A stretch of DNA of 64,000 bases from assembly GCF_018977255.1 (NCBI RefSeq), contig NW_024704759.1:10168001-10232000 (forward strand), in the 5' to 3' direction. Made by a program: the position numbers and the translations under genes. Source of the stretch: Callorhinchus milii (lineage: Eukaryota). The notes below the pieces were generated by a model, which was not told the DNA's origin, did no database searches, and was given only the letters and a program-made list of their open reading frames with translations. This document shows, one piece after another, positions 39,801 to 49,754 of this stretch; within the stretch, counting starts at the first letter, position 1; each line of letters begins with the position of its first letter.

Positions 39801-42800
39801 CAAAACACACACTCAGTACATTACAGTGTGAAGCGCTTTGAGACATCCTCCTGATGTGAACCACGCTATACCAAATATAAGGATTATTATTATTATTATC
39901 ACTGATACACACATCCCAACATACTCTTGAATATTATTTTTCCTTACGTAGTTATCCAATTCCCTTTTAAATAGTAATCCTTCATCCCTTGCATTTGATA
40001 TAATCTTTTTCAGCCGTTCATTCTTAGAAAAGGATTCAGATGAAAGTTCAGGAAGACAATAACTCCACTACTGGAAATCCCCTTGTTTCCCATTTAGAGA
40101 TCAAGAAAGATTGTGACTTAATACGGTATAGATTTAAAAAGGGTTTGATTCCAACTTAACTGCCTGCAGTTGTAAAATGTATTCCATGCAATCCAATTCC
40201 CTGCTCTTTCCCCTCTTATATTCTTTCTCTTTCAATGATTGTCTAATTCCCTTTTAAATGTTTAAAGTCTCGGGTTCAATAACAGTTCTCCGCAAGTTAA
40301 TTGATTTTTGTTTCACTCGGCAGCTGATTTATTTGTACATACAAAGCTTTATTTTCTGTTCAACTCGCATGTTCTTATCCCTCCTATTTATGCTTAACAC
40401 ATCCTGTAAGGGTCATGGTAACCTAGCGGTGAAGATCTGGAAATAATAAACATTTTATTTATGTTGCAGAGATTTACATCAATTGGCTCTACCCTACAGA
40501 ACAGTATTTTGGAGGAGCTCTCACAGCAGATTCTTGTGTTCGAAACTCTAGCTGTGATGTGTCATGGGAAGACTGGGAATGTCAGATCAGTGGAGGAGGG
40601 TTTGTATAAAACTACTGTACTCACATACGCTGTCTCTCTACAATATTGCCTTTAAGATCTTTACAAGAGTGGATTTATAGGAAGTTATTCTTGATCGAGG
40701 GTGTCATAGGCAATGGTTTGTTGTCAGAGCTTTGCCTTGATGGCTGTAACAGAGGCAATATATCAGGCTTACAAAGCACAAGTGGAATTTCAATAATATA
40801 AATCTTTTTGTTTTGCTAAGCAGCAACATATCCCCCTGTTGTTTATGATTCACATCTTCTTGGATTTATTCTATAGGGCTTCAAAGGGTACGCGAGAAGG
40901 ATTTAATAATAATAATAATCCGTGCAGTTGATATAGTGCCTTATCACATCTTCGAGCCATCTCAGATTTGATGAGTCTATTAGTCTATTTATGTTTATTC
41001 ACAACTGCCAGTCCATGTTTGCACAAGTCAACTCCATAATGTTGACCTAAAACATCTGAGTATATGTATGAAAAATGATATACAGAAGTGAGGTGGTGGG
41101 AGGAGGAAGGCAGTCAAAAGCACCGTTGAAGAGTCTTAAGATGACCTTTGCAGGCAGAGACGGAAGAGGCAAGGTGGAATGACTCTGGGATGGAGTCCAG
41201 AGAATGAGGGCAGAGTCTTGGAACGATTGCCCATCAGAGTGGGGCAGAGTGAGCGGGAACGTGAAGCAGTGGCCAGTGTTTGCTGAGCGGAGGGAGCAGG
41301 CGGGACATTAGGTCCCGGGAGGTCACAGAGGTAGGATGATGGCCCGGAAGCACTTGAAAGTGAGAAGGAGAATCTACTGGAGGGTGAGAAACCGGTGGTG
41401 GAGCCGAGCGAGGATGTGCAAAACGGGCTCAGGGGGCCTGGTGGGGGCGACGATACAGGCTGCAGAGTTCTGGGGAGTCCAGTTGACGGACATTCACATT
41501 CAAACTGGGTCATCATCAGTTGGCTTGCGATACGACGTAGTTAAACAATGAAGTCTTTTTGTTTGCCTTTCAATAAATACTGTCTTAAGTGAGCACAATT
41601 TGAAATCACTAAATGCCAGGATTTCGTGTTGATTTATTAAATGACGAATACATGTTAAATGAAATATTTTGCTTCGGTGAATTTTAAAATTGATTGTCCA
41701 ATGGAAGCCCTGACTGTATTGGGTCACAACCCCCCACCCATAGAGACACATTCCACATCAGTTGGAGGTACCGATGGCCAAACCAGTGCTGGTTATGTAC
41801 ACAGCACCAGCCATCTAATACTTTATCTGGGTATCACTCACCACTACAGATTGGAATCAAAAGGGAAAAATAATATCTCATCTCTACTCTTTCAGACAAG
41901 TTGACTCGGTTTGTCGCTTCAGCTGCACAAAAATCATGCCTCTGGTCGATGTAAAATCTACGTTTATTAGAAAATAAAATAGTCCCAATAAAATCTAATG
42001 CCAACAACCACAAGTCTTATAGCTGCAATTTTATCACGTAGGAAGTGAGCAGAGACAATAAAATGCGTGTCAGCATTATTTCTAACAAGATAGATATGTA
42101 TTTTAATGCTGAATTTTCCACTTTCAGTCATTCCGAAGGCACAGAAGGTAAAGTTACTCTCGTCGTTCTGGAGAAAATGTGCAGGGACAGAATGTGTTCT
42201 GTATTCGTCAACTGAGAGGTTTCTCACACAACTAAGGAACTATTATACACAGAAGGTGAACGCAAAATGCCTCGGACTGTCAGAGAGAGGTACGTTATAC
42301 GCCGTACTTATACGTAGATTATCTCTAACAATGATCAAATACATATGGTGCTTGGCAATTAATGGAAAGAAGATAATATAAATGGTTTGTGCATGGACGT
42401 TTAACGGGCGTTTAAGTCCGCGATGCCAGTACTACTTCATGTGAAGTAGTTGTGGAGCAGAGTTCCCATGGGTCAGTGTCATATATTTCCAGTTACCAGA
42501 ATGAATTCCCACTCAGATTCCTTCTAAAGGAATCCCATTGGAAATTGTAGCATATCAGATCTAAACAACTCCTAAAACAAACGGAAACTGGAAACCAATG
42601 TTTGTTATTTTCTTTTTAAAACCCACTGTGGACGCATGGTTTTAACCCTTAATCATTCAGATCATTTTCCACTAGGGTGGTGGTGGTGGGGGGCGGTTGG
42701 GGGGGGGGTAAGAGAGAGAGAGTACAGTGCAGTATTTACATGATATCTATTGTGGTTTGTTTGTGGTCTGCTACAAACGGGCATCTGTAATACAACAATA

Positions 42801-45800
42801 TTCATCTGTGTTCTTCTGGTGGTGGCGTGGAGTAAATCATAAAAATAGTAGCCAAAAATAGCTAACGTTTTACACACAGCAGGAGCCCAGTTTAAGGAAA
42901 CTCCCAAGGATGCACTCCTGCCAAATCTTTCTTTATTGACTTAACAAAGTGGAGCTGACATTTCCAGGTTAAATATTAAAGAAAAGCCTTGGTTTTTTTT
43001 AGTAGTGTCAATCAGAACTCAGCAATGGACAATGATGACCTCAACATTCAACATCGACTCCAATCAATCGGGATGTACAATTTTTCCCACAGAATATAGT
43101 CGTTCACTTTACAATATATCCCGTGAAGTGCTTTGAGATGTTTCGAAGACGTGATAGGGCGCTTTATATCAAATGCAAAGATTATTACTACAGTACAGTA
43201 TTTTGACTTAAGGACCCTGATGCATTTCAATTAGTATAATAAACAGTATAATAATTAGTATAATAGACAAAGACCAGTAATCACTTTGCACGCACTCTTC
43301 CTGTCCTTGGTCCCAGATTATGTTTCCCGTCTGAAGATCAGCTGATCCGCTCTATGGGAGAAAATCTTAACTCATTCAAGTGCAAACTGGTAGTCTAACC
43401 CCAACAACATTCTAATATTGAGCACCTTTCTCTCCCCCCCAACTAGATTGTTCACAAGTGGGAACGTTGTCCAAAAGCATAAAAATACCAATGCTTTAAA
43501 ACCTGATTCAAACTGTATCTATTGTGGATTTTATAGTCTCCGTTGCCAAGTGTCCTTCGGGATGGGGTTGTGGTGGGGGGGGGGGGGGGTGGGTAGGGGG
43601 ACACATTTCATTGCTTAAAAAAAAAACACCACTGTTTGTTCTGTGCACAACTGGCTGCCACGTTTTGCCCCCAAAATATACAGTCACTGCACTTTACAAC
43701 ATATCCTGTGAAGCGCTTTTTCGGACGTCTCACTGACGCGACAAAGTAGCATGTTCAAATGCAAGGATTATTATTATATTATAAGTGTAATCAGATGTTT
43801 CAAAACTCTTTGGTTTTTAAGCATTTTTGATCAAGGAATTTGTGTTTTCGTTCAGTATTCAGAACACTCCTGCACCAGATTGCGGGCTGCTGTGGATTCC
43901 TGCTCTCTGCTAGTCTCTCCGAAGAAGTGCTAACAATCTTCCAGTTTTTCAACTATGTGAAAAGGCACAGCATTACTGACCTGGGAACACATCTGATGAA
44001 ACTCACAAAGGAAGGTAGGAGGAAAATGTTCTTCGCCTGAACTAGGACTCAAAACGTCTACTCATTGATTTGAGTTAATATCTAAAAGCCAATGCATTTC
44101 CACTTGAACAATAACTCCATTCACATATAGATTTGTAGTTGGATTTGGTCCAAGCTGTAAATTGATCACATTTCAACGGGTGGAGGTGAAAGTATAAACA
44201 TACCAACCACAGATTTAACATATTTCGAACCATTTGTAAGTGTATAGGACTATCTTTCTTCTGCCCCTTCCATCTCTTAAATGTTTGTCGCTTAAACCAA
44301 AAAGCGATTTGCTTTAGTCAAAGCTTAATTTGTTAATTTGTTATCCACGTGCTGATGTTTTCCCGTCAGGCAGCTTCAATCTTTCACAAATGCAACCATA
44401 GTGAAATCTGAGCATATACGATATGTCGGGTCTGACCAAGATGCACATAAAACACAACCATAAACAAGACAGACTGCACCATTGTGGAAGGTGAAAAGGT
44501 TTGGTCAGGCTCAGCAATATGTTTTGTGCCCAGCTGAGCACAGGTGAAGATTTAAAATTTAAGATTTTATATATAAAGATTAATACACAAAGTTGATTCA
44601 TAAGCAGCTTTTACAAAGGATATTAATAATATAATCCTAGAATTCTGAAAGCATTTCTCAGAATATACTGTAAAAGTGTTTTGACTGTTCTTTTTGAGCA
44701 AAGGATATTTGAATTAAAAGTAATGCAGAGAGTAATGCAATTTATGTACTCCTAGGAGACTGTTTAAAAAAAGCACAGAAGAGGGAGAAAGAAATCTTTT
44801 TGTGGATTAAGGCACACCATACACTCAGTGTTCAGGCACACTGCACCTTTCAGCAATACACCTTCTCTTTCAGAGTTAAATTTAATGAGAGAGGTGAACG
44901 CACACATTGCCCAAGGTCAATGTCAATAATTTCCTTCTTTATCTGTGCTACTGTTCACCCATTCATTAGATGCATCTGCTTACTCTTTCTTGTGTTAAAA
45001 GCCATTTACATGCATTTATCCACTTTAAAATTAATCCTCCACTCCTTGGCCATTCTGTCGAAATGGTTCAGATCTTCCTGAATGTTACTTGTCCTCATTG
45101 TATTAATCACTTGGCCACCTAGCTTGGCACCGTCAGCAATATGTTTAAGTTACATTAACAAGAAACTTCTAAGCATCCTTCCCTAAACTAGTGATTTTTA
45201 AAATTACATTTATGAATGTCAGTTCTGAGTATGACAGTCAATGCAACGTTCCAGGTATAAATAACTGATAAACGAGTCCGGGTTTCCACTTTAAGTATAA
45301 ATAAAACAAAGAGAACATTTTTATATGCAAAAAGATGAACCATTTTTGGACAACATCGTTTTGATTACTGAGCAGGAATGCACAAAAGCACCTGAATTAT
45401 TGAAGGCTTTGCTCATGAATTGCCCGGTTCATTTACTCTTTTCAGTATCTCTTGCTGAAGCACTGCAAACCACACAGAAGATTAAGACACTGAAAAAGTT
45501 AAAAGGAAAGCATATCACTGAGTTCCAGCCTCTGCACCAAACGCTGGAGTCAATCAGCATCCTTCAGTTGGATGAAAACCCGAAGGTCATTCAAGCGGCA
45601 AAATCATTTCTTTCTAATGCCTCAGTGCATAGACATTTTCGAGACAAGGTACCGTTTAGCATTCCTTTCATGTGAACAAGTAAGAATTTTAAATGACCAA
45701 AAGAAAAAAAGAAAACAAACAAAAAAAAACACCTTGGTCTCAGTTGTGAATAATGCAAGCCAACCAAGTGGAACTACAAGCTGTTAAACACACAACCGCT

Positions 45801-47143
45801 TCTTTGCTGAGCTAAATTCCCAGTTTAACCGTTTATAACCGACTGACTTAACTTTGCTGAAAATCTATATTTCTCTCTTAGGCTTTGGCCCACTACACAG
45901 ACGCTTTGCAAGACAAAGATTTACAAATTCAGAAAAGTGCCTGTATGGCTCTGAAACATCTGAAGGTAAGCAAGACCTTTGCATGTGGCTGCTACTGCCA
46001 TACCTGTGTGCAACTGGGCTGCTGGGTTTGCCTACAAATACACCGTCAGTGAAAGGAGTTATACCAAAAGATTGTTATTACTGTGTTGACAGGAACAAAA
46101 AGAACAAAAAATCAGATTTATTTGTTAATTTTAAAAATATCAAGCAACAATTATCTTCACTTCTCTGACATTTGGTTGCCACAGAGAAGCCAGACTAGTT
46201 GTATTCCCGTCCCACCATTAAAACTTTCTTGAAGACTGATAAGGTTAGATTGCAGAAAAACTTGACAACCTCTCATTTACGTTTTTTCCTTCAAGGCTGT
46301 GGAAAGCATCGAACAGATTGTCAGTCTGTGCCAGTCTGAGACTAAAGATGTGAGAGATACTGCAAGAGAAACCATCCTTTCTTTCGGTAATGTTTAACTT
46401 CCATGTCACCTTTGTGGGGGAACGTTTTTCTCGATGGTATTAAGCCTCCATCGCAAAATTCTGTGGCGAATTTGCAAGCTCGGAACTTGGTATCGTTAGC
46501 TAAAAATACTGGAGTTGGACTCTGTGGCGATGGTTTCAATTTAAAACAAATGCAAATTATAGAAACTATTCATTTTTATATGACGCATTTGGACAGAGGA
46601 ATCCTGACGTGATTTAACAGTCCAAAACAGTCTAACGTTGCATGTAGCGGCCGATAAAGCCTTCTTCAACAACAACATTACATTTGTATAGTGCCTTTCA
46701 TGTCGGTAAGACGTCCCAAGGCGCTGGACAGTGTACAGCATTTCAGACCTGAGCTGGGGGGGTGGGAAGGGAAGGGAGGGGAAGGGGGATGGCCGATGGC
46801 ATGGCCGAAGAGGGTTTTGAGGTGGGATTTAAAGGAGACTAAGGAGGGGGCGAGTCGGAGTGATTCCTTTTTTGGTCCTAAAAGAAAAACATTTTAAGGC
46901 TACGGGGAAAGAACAGGGGTGTGGGACTAATTGGATAGCTCTTTCAAAGAGCCAGCACAGACACGATGGGCTGAATGACCTGTTTCTGCGTTGAAGGATT
47001 CCATGATCCTACATTGCCTACATTTTTCATCTCTTTCTGCAGGTGAAAAAGGTCATTTAGCCTTTGAGAAGTTGGAAAAAATGTGGTACGATCTCGAAGA
47101 GGACAGAATCCAAAACGAAACCACTCAAATCACTATTCTCTGA
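18725..47143 (+). CDS. RIPOR3: RIPOR family member 3 (FAM65C), spliced CDS of 21 coding exons, 2943 nt / 980 aa
   Basis: Manually assembled exons, all with AG/GT boundaries and matching phases. Peptides align exon by exon with human RIPOR3 as I recall it ([91 protein letters not shown]). Neighbour is PTPN1 as in human. Confidence 0.95.
21570..21705 (+). mobile_element. CR1 LINE 3' end, degenerate
   Basis: AAGAGCCAGCACAGACACGATGGG..TTCTGTGCTGTAAATTTCTA. Confidence 0.65.
22137..22289 (+). CDS. RIPOR3: RIPOR3 coding exon 2 (..[18 protein letters not shown])
   Basis: ttttcttttcag acceptor, gtgaga donor, 153 nt, phase 2-2. Confidence 0.88.
22911..22989 (+). CDS. RIPOR3: RIPOR3 coding exon 3 ([26 protein letters not shown])
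   Basis: ttacag acceptor, gtaagt donor, 79 nt; RNSRL motif. Confidence 0.92.
23672..23695 (+). CDS. RIPOR3: RIPOR3 coding exon 4, 24-nt microexon (AFLYDLDK)
   Basis: ccccag acceptor, gtaaga donor; matches RIPOR xFxYDLDK. Confidence 0.9.
23870..23923 (+). CDS. RIPOR3: RIPOR3 coding exon 5 ([18 protein letters not shown])
   Basis: ctctctcag acceptor, gtaaga donor, 54 nt. Confidence 0.92.
24406..24555 (+). CDS. RIPOR3: RIPOR3 coding exon 6 ([22 protein letters not shown])
   Basis: tccag acceptor, gtatgg donor, 150 nt; YCIQxRLRDGA motif. Confidence 0.93.
26231..26440. mobile_element. MITE-like element with long terminal inverted repeats
   Basis: Left arm GGGTTAGAAATTCTACTTGGGTCTAGATTTACTCTATT versus reverse complement of the right arm GGGGTGAAATTCCACCTGGGTCTAGATTTACTCCATT. 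Confidence 0.75.
27055..27432 (+). mobile_element. L2 LINE 3' fragment with (TTG)n tail
   Basis: Homologous to the 3' ends of the 15720 and 16549 copies. Confidence 0.85.
27462..27525 (+). CDS. RIPOR3: RIPOR3 coding exon 7 ([21 protein letters not shown])
   Basis: ctgtag acceptor, gtaaca donor, 64 nt. Confidence 0.93.
28279..28322 (+). CDS. RIPOR3: RIPOR3 coding exon 8 ([15 protein letters not shown])
   Basis: ttttctag acceptor, gtgagc donor, 44 nt. Confidence 0.93.
30366..30491 (+). CDS. RIPOR3: RIPOR3 coding exon 9 ([24 protein letters not shown])
   Basis: tttttaacag acceptor, gtactc donor, 126 nt. Confidence 0.93.
30862..31007 (+). CDS. RIPOR3: RIPOR3 coding exon 10 ([23 protein letters not shown])
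   Basis: ttctgtag acceptor, gtaagt donor, 146 nt. Confidence 0.93.
31020..31520 (-). mobile_element. Old degenerate L2 ORF2 fragment
   Basis: Minus strand TTTCTCCAGCTCAAGGTGGCAAGACTGAGG resembles the FLQLNxxKTE region of the 16549 copy. Confidence 0.55.
33268..33575 (+). mobile_element. SacSINE1-like SINE, degenerate
   Basis: TGTCAGCCTGGCTCAGTTG..CAGAAGGTTGTGGGTTCAAG head and AAGGATTATTAT tail. Confidence 0.72.
34666..34985 (+). mobile_element. Young tRNA-Ala SINE, full length, in RIPOR3 intron
   Basis: Near-identical to 100-427. Confidence 0.92.
36420..37320 (+). mobile_element. Degenerate CR1 ORF2 endonuclease (APE) region
   Basis: Remnants read by eye across stops and frameshifts: AITE-like (GCTATCACAGAA), WVEFRN, DFNF..W (GGATTTCAATTTC..AAGTGG), D.VFSN, SD[H]-like. 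Confidence 0.6.
37827..37956 (+). CDS. RIPOR3: RIPOR3 coding exon 11 ([29 protein letters not shown])
   Basis: ccacag acceptor, gtgagt donor, 130 nt; RIPOR3-type [12 protein letters not shown]. Confidence 0.93.
38217..38855 (+). CDS. RIPOR3: RIPOR3 coding exon 12, long S/Q/P-rich linker exon
   Basis: aaacag acceptor, 639 nt open frame (TSIFNYL near start, [21 protein letters not shown] at end), gtaggt donor. Confidence 0.85.
39163..39302 (+). CDS. RIPOR3: RIPOR3 coding exon 13 (..[15 protein letters not shown]..)
   Basis: ttcaacag acceptor, gtacac donor, 140 nt; ALESFDFLN motif. Confidence 0.9.
39557..39719 (+). CDS. RIPOR3: RIPOR3 coding exon 14 (..[17 protein letters not shown])
   Basis: poly-T..tgacag acceptor, gtaaag donor, 163 nt. 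Confidence 0.87.
40470..40599 (+). CDS. RIPOR3: RIPOR3 coding exon 15 (..[19 protein letters not shown])
   Basis: ttgcag acceptor, gtttgt donor, 130 nt. Confidence 0.87.
41085..41490 (-). mobile_element. L2 LINE ORF2 3' fragment, degenerate
   Basis: Minus strand CCCCAGAACTCTGCAGCC..CCAGTAGATTCTCCTTCTCACTTTCAAG, homologous to the other L2 copies. Confidence 0.75.
42128..42289 (+). CDS. RIPOR3: RIPOR3 coding exon 16 ([18 protein letters not shown]..)
   Basis: ctttcag acceptor, gtacgt donor, 162 nt. Confidence 0.88.
43640..43780 (+). mobile_element. 5'-truncated SINE tail
   Basis: CTGTGAAGCGCTTT..CAAATGCAAGGATTATTATT. Confidence 0.75.
43856..44014 (+). CDS. RIPOR3: RIPOR3 coding exon 17 ([21 protein letters not shown])
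   Basis: gttcag acceptor, gtagga donor, 159 nt. Confidence 0.9.
45446..45648 (+). CDS. RIPOR3: RIPOR3 coding exon 18 (..[20 protein letters not shown])
   Basis: cttttcag acceptor, gtaccg donor, 203 nt. Confidence 0.9.
45882..45965 (+). CDS. RIPOR3: RIPOR3 coding exon 19 ([18 protein letters not shown])
   Basis: ctctcttag acceptor, gtaagc donor, 84 nt. Confidence 0.92.
46296..46386 (+). CDS. RIPOR3: RIPOR3 coding exon 20 ([23 protein letters not shown])
   Basis: ttccttcaag acceptor, gtaatg donor, 91 nt. Confidence 0.92.
46665..46862 (-). mobile_element. L2 LINE 3' end
   Basis: Tail CAGCGCCTTGGGACGTCTTACCGACATGAAAGGCAC..GTTGTTG. Confidence 0.82.
46875..47010 (+). mobile_element. CR1 LINE 3' end
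   Basis: GGCTACGGGGAAAGAACAGGGGTGTGGGACTAATTGGATAGCTCTTTCAAAGAGCCAGCACAGACACGATGGGCTGAATG. Confidence 0.75.
47043..47143 (+). CDS. RIPOR3: RIPOR3 last coding exon ([18 protein letters not shown])
   Basis: ctttctgcag acceptor, TGA at 47141-47143. Confidence 0.92.
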
Positions 47144-47307
47144 ACGTTGAACACTTTCAAGAAACGTTAGCTCCAATGGACATAACTGATACGTAATATG
47201 TTGAATTGTGCTTATACTGCACCTATATATTCCTCTGTATAAAGATGCACATGTGTATAAAATACGACGTTCAGTTTTGGTTCACACAAGTGATCATTGA
47301 CATAAGA

Positions 47308-47418
47308 AATAAAGTTGGGGTATCAAGACACTGGTCCACTCAAAGGGCTGTTGTCAGTTTACTCTGTAGCAAATATACAAATATTCTATGCACAGCAAGT
47401 AAATGTTTTTAAAATAAA
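47308..47418 (+). terminator. Candidate RIPOR3 polyadenylation signals
   Basis: AATAAA at 47308-47313 and 47413-47418 downstream of the stop; which one is used cannot be determined. Confidence 0.4.
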
Positions 47419-48059
47419 CATAATTTATATAATAGGTAGTACCAAATATATTTTGAAATGGATGCCAACACTCCTTTTAAAATGTACCGTGTAAATGTTA
47501 ACGCAAGTAAAAGATACTGGATATCTTACAATTACATTGTTTTAATTACCATTTTTTCCATCGTTAAGTATAATTAGAATTTGTTGCCCTGGGCTTCACC
47601 CTTATCAAGCAAAGCCGTATTTTCCCTTGATTTAGATTTTTAAACAAATCAATGTTTAAGTCTTCGGCTCTCAGCCCGTAAACCCATTTAGATGAGAATA
47701 GGTTCAATTGTACAACTCAAGCTATTTTGCTAATTTGAAAACAATTCAAGAGTATTTAAAAGTAGGAATGGCTAATGTGATGTTGCAATCTTCACTGCTT
47801 GATCAAAGTTTACTGTTTAAACGACCTCTCATTTTACTTTCTTTCAATTGGGGCGTTTGAGGCCACAGCAGCAAAGATTGAATGAGATACAAAACAAAAA
47901 CTATTTACATTTAGGTGGATATACTCTTACCTTTCTTGCTCATTTGTTCAAACCCTGCAGACACCAGAATTTGGAGGTGGAAAACGATGATTTAATGTAA
48001 GGATCGGCTTTAAAAGTGCAGATATCCCCACACTCAGCAGATAGCCAAATAATTCCAGC

Positions 48060-48330
48060 TTGTTATTAGGAATGTTAACTTAATACTTGTCTCCACAAGC
48101 TCCAGACCATCCAAACTCTGCAGCCCATGTTTTCGTGTGTTGGGCTTCGAAAGTCTATCAGCTTCGTCCTCGCCTGGCTGCATGAGCTCCTTATCCCAGT
48201 TGATCATCAAATTCAATAGAAATTTTCCTACCTTTAAATGCCTCGTCCCACTCCACCTCTAGTGATCTCCTGACCCTACATCCAGTCACTCCTTGCTCTC
48301 TCCCAGGTCTGTCCAGCTTCATACTGCCAA
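48060..48330 (+). mobile_element. Old degenerate L2 fragment
   Basis: CTCCACAAGCTCCAGACCATCCAAACTCTGCAGCCCATG resembles LHKLQxIQNSAA. Confidence 0.6.
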
Positions 48331-48364
48331 TCTGCTCTACCTGGGGGTTGATTTAGCCGAGCTG

Positions 48365-48620
48365 CTGTCCTTCGGGTGAGATATTAAACCAACACCCTGT
48401 CTGCCTGTTCAGGTGGAGGTTAAAGATCCCATGGAACTATTCGAAGAGAAGGGAGTTTCTCCTGGTGTCCTAGCCATTACATCCCCTAAATAAAACACCC
48501 CATGGCTGTATGTGGTTGCCATCTTTCGCCCACAAAATATACGATCAATCCACTTTGCAGTGTGAAGCTCTTTTGAGACGTGATAAGGAGCTGTATCAAA
48601 TGCTAGTATTATTTATTATT
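48365..48620 (+). mobile_element. SacSINE1-like SINE, Deu core plus tail
   Basis: CTGTCTGCCTGTTCAGGTGGAGGTTAAAGATCCCATGG..GAGTTTCTCCTGGTGTCCTAGCC. Confidence 0.72.
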
Positions 48621-49199
48621 ATTCACTTTCTAAAGGAGCAAGGTCCAATTTTTTTTTAAATACAGAGGGTCTTACACATCCAATCTTGGGAGAAACATGT
48701 TTGTCTCAAGAAATTGTAAATGTATGAGTTTTATTTTTGCCAGGTGATTCTGAACCAGCTGCAATAAAAAAAACTCACTTGTCCTCTAATGCTGTTTAGT
48801 GACGACTTTCCTAAAGTTTTACAACTATTGAGTGCAAATGGAATGCTAAAACCCCACAAACTTCAGTGTAGCAATTCTTCTTTCGATTCCAAAAGTATGC
48901 GATGGCTGAAAAAAAAATCATGGCCTTGAGTTAAGAAGTATGAAATTCACACTTCTTAGATAGTTTTATGCCCACCTGAATGCCAAAAATCTGGTGGATC
49001 AATAAACTGTTTGAATGTCTTGACATTAAAGACAGGAATGAGAAGAGCAGTTTTGTCTGAGGAACATTTCCATTGGTCAGTGAGTTAGTGACTAGAGGAA
49101 AGCAAAGGGGGAAGATTCAGATTTTTTTCTTCTTTTTTAAAACAGTTGTTGGGGACTTGGAATGCCCTTCTGGGTGAGGTGGTTCAGGCAGAATCTCAA

Positions 49200-49352
49200 C
49201 CACAACTGTTTGTGGGACACTGCTGTGCACAATTGGCTGCTGCGTTTCGCCCACAAATATACAGTCAACTCACTTTACAGTATATTGTGAAGCGCTTTGA
49301 GAACGTCTAGAAGACGTGAAAAGCGCTATATCAAATGCAAGGATTATTATAT
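49200..49352 (+). mobile_element. 5'-truncated SINE nested in a CR1 fragment
   Basis: ACTGTTTGTGGGACACTGCTGTGC..AAAAGCGCTATATCAAATGCAAGGATTATTAT. Confidence 0.82.
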
Positions 49353-49704
49353 TAGGTTTCAAAAGGGAACTGGAGATGCATTCAAAGAAATGAGGGAAAA
49401 ATAGGTCGAGACTGAATGGATAATAATAACGCTGGCATTTGTTATGGCGCCTTAACATGTGGAAATGTCTCAAAGGGCTTCACGGGATTTTACTATTGAT
49501 AAAGGTGATCCTATTGATAAAAGGTAAACACCTATTACACCTAATGGTACATCTGCAGCTGCTCACACTGAGGATTTAGAGAACAAACGGGGGGGGGAGA
49601 CTGCCGGGTTGTGATAGGACCCAAAACTTTCTCGCTGATCAGAGCTGATGTTGTAAGTTAAACAATAGATTTTAATCATTGAATTTTTTTTGTTTAAAAG
49701 TATG

Positions 49705-49754
49705 ATCTGCAGTTCAAAATACCACACAAGTTTTCTTTCCAAACTGGTTTTATT
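49705..49754 (-). terminator. Candidate PTPN1 poly(A) signal plus GU-rich downstream element
   Basis: Minus strand AATAAA (49754-49749) followed ~20-40 nt later by CTTGTGTGGTATTTTG. Confidence 0.55.

Noticed and set aside
18725-47143. RIPOR1 or RIPOR2 assignment
   Set aside because: MSVKL start, [26 protein letters not shown] and PTPN1 linkage fit RIPOR3
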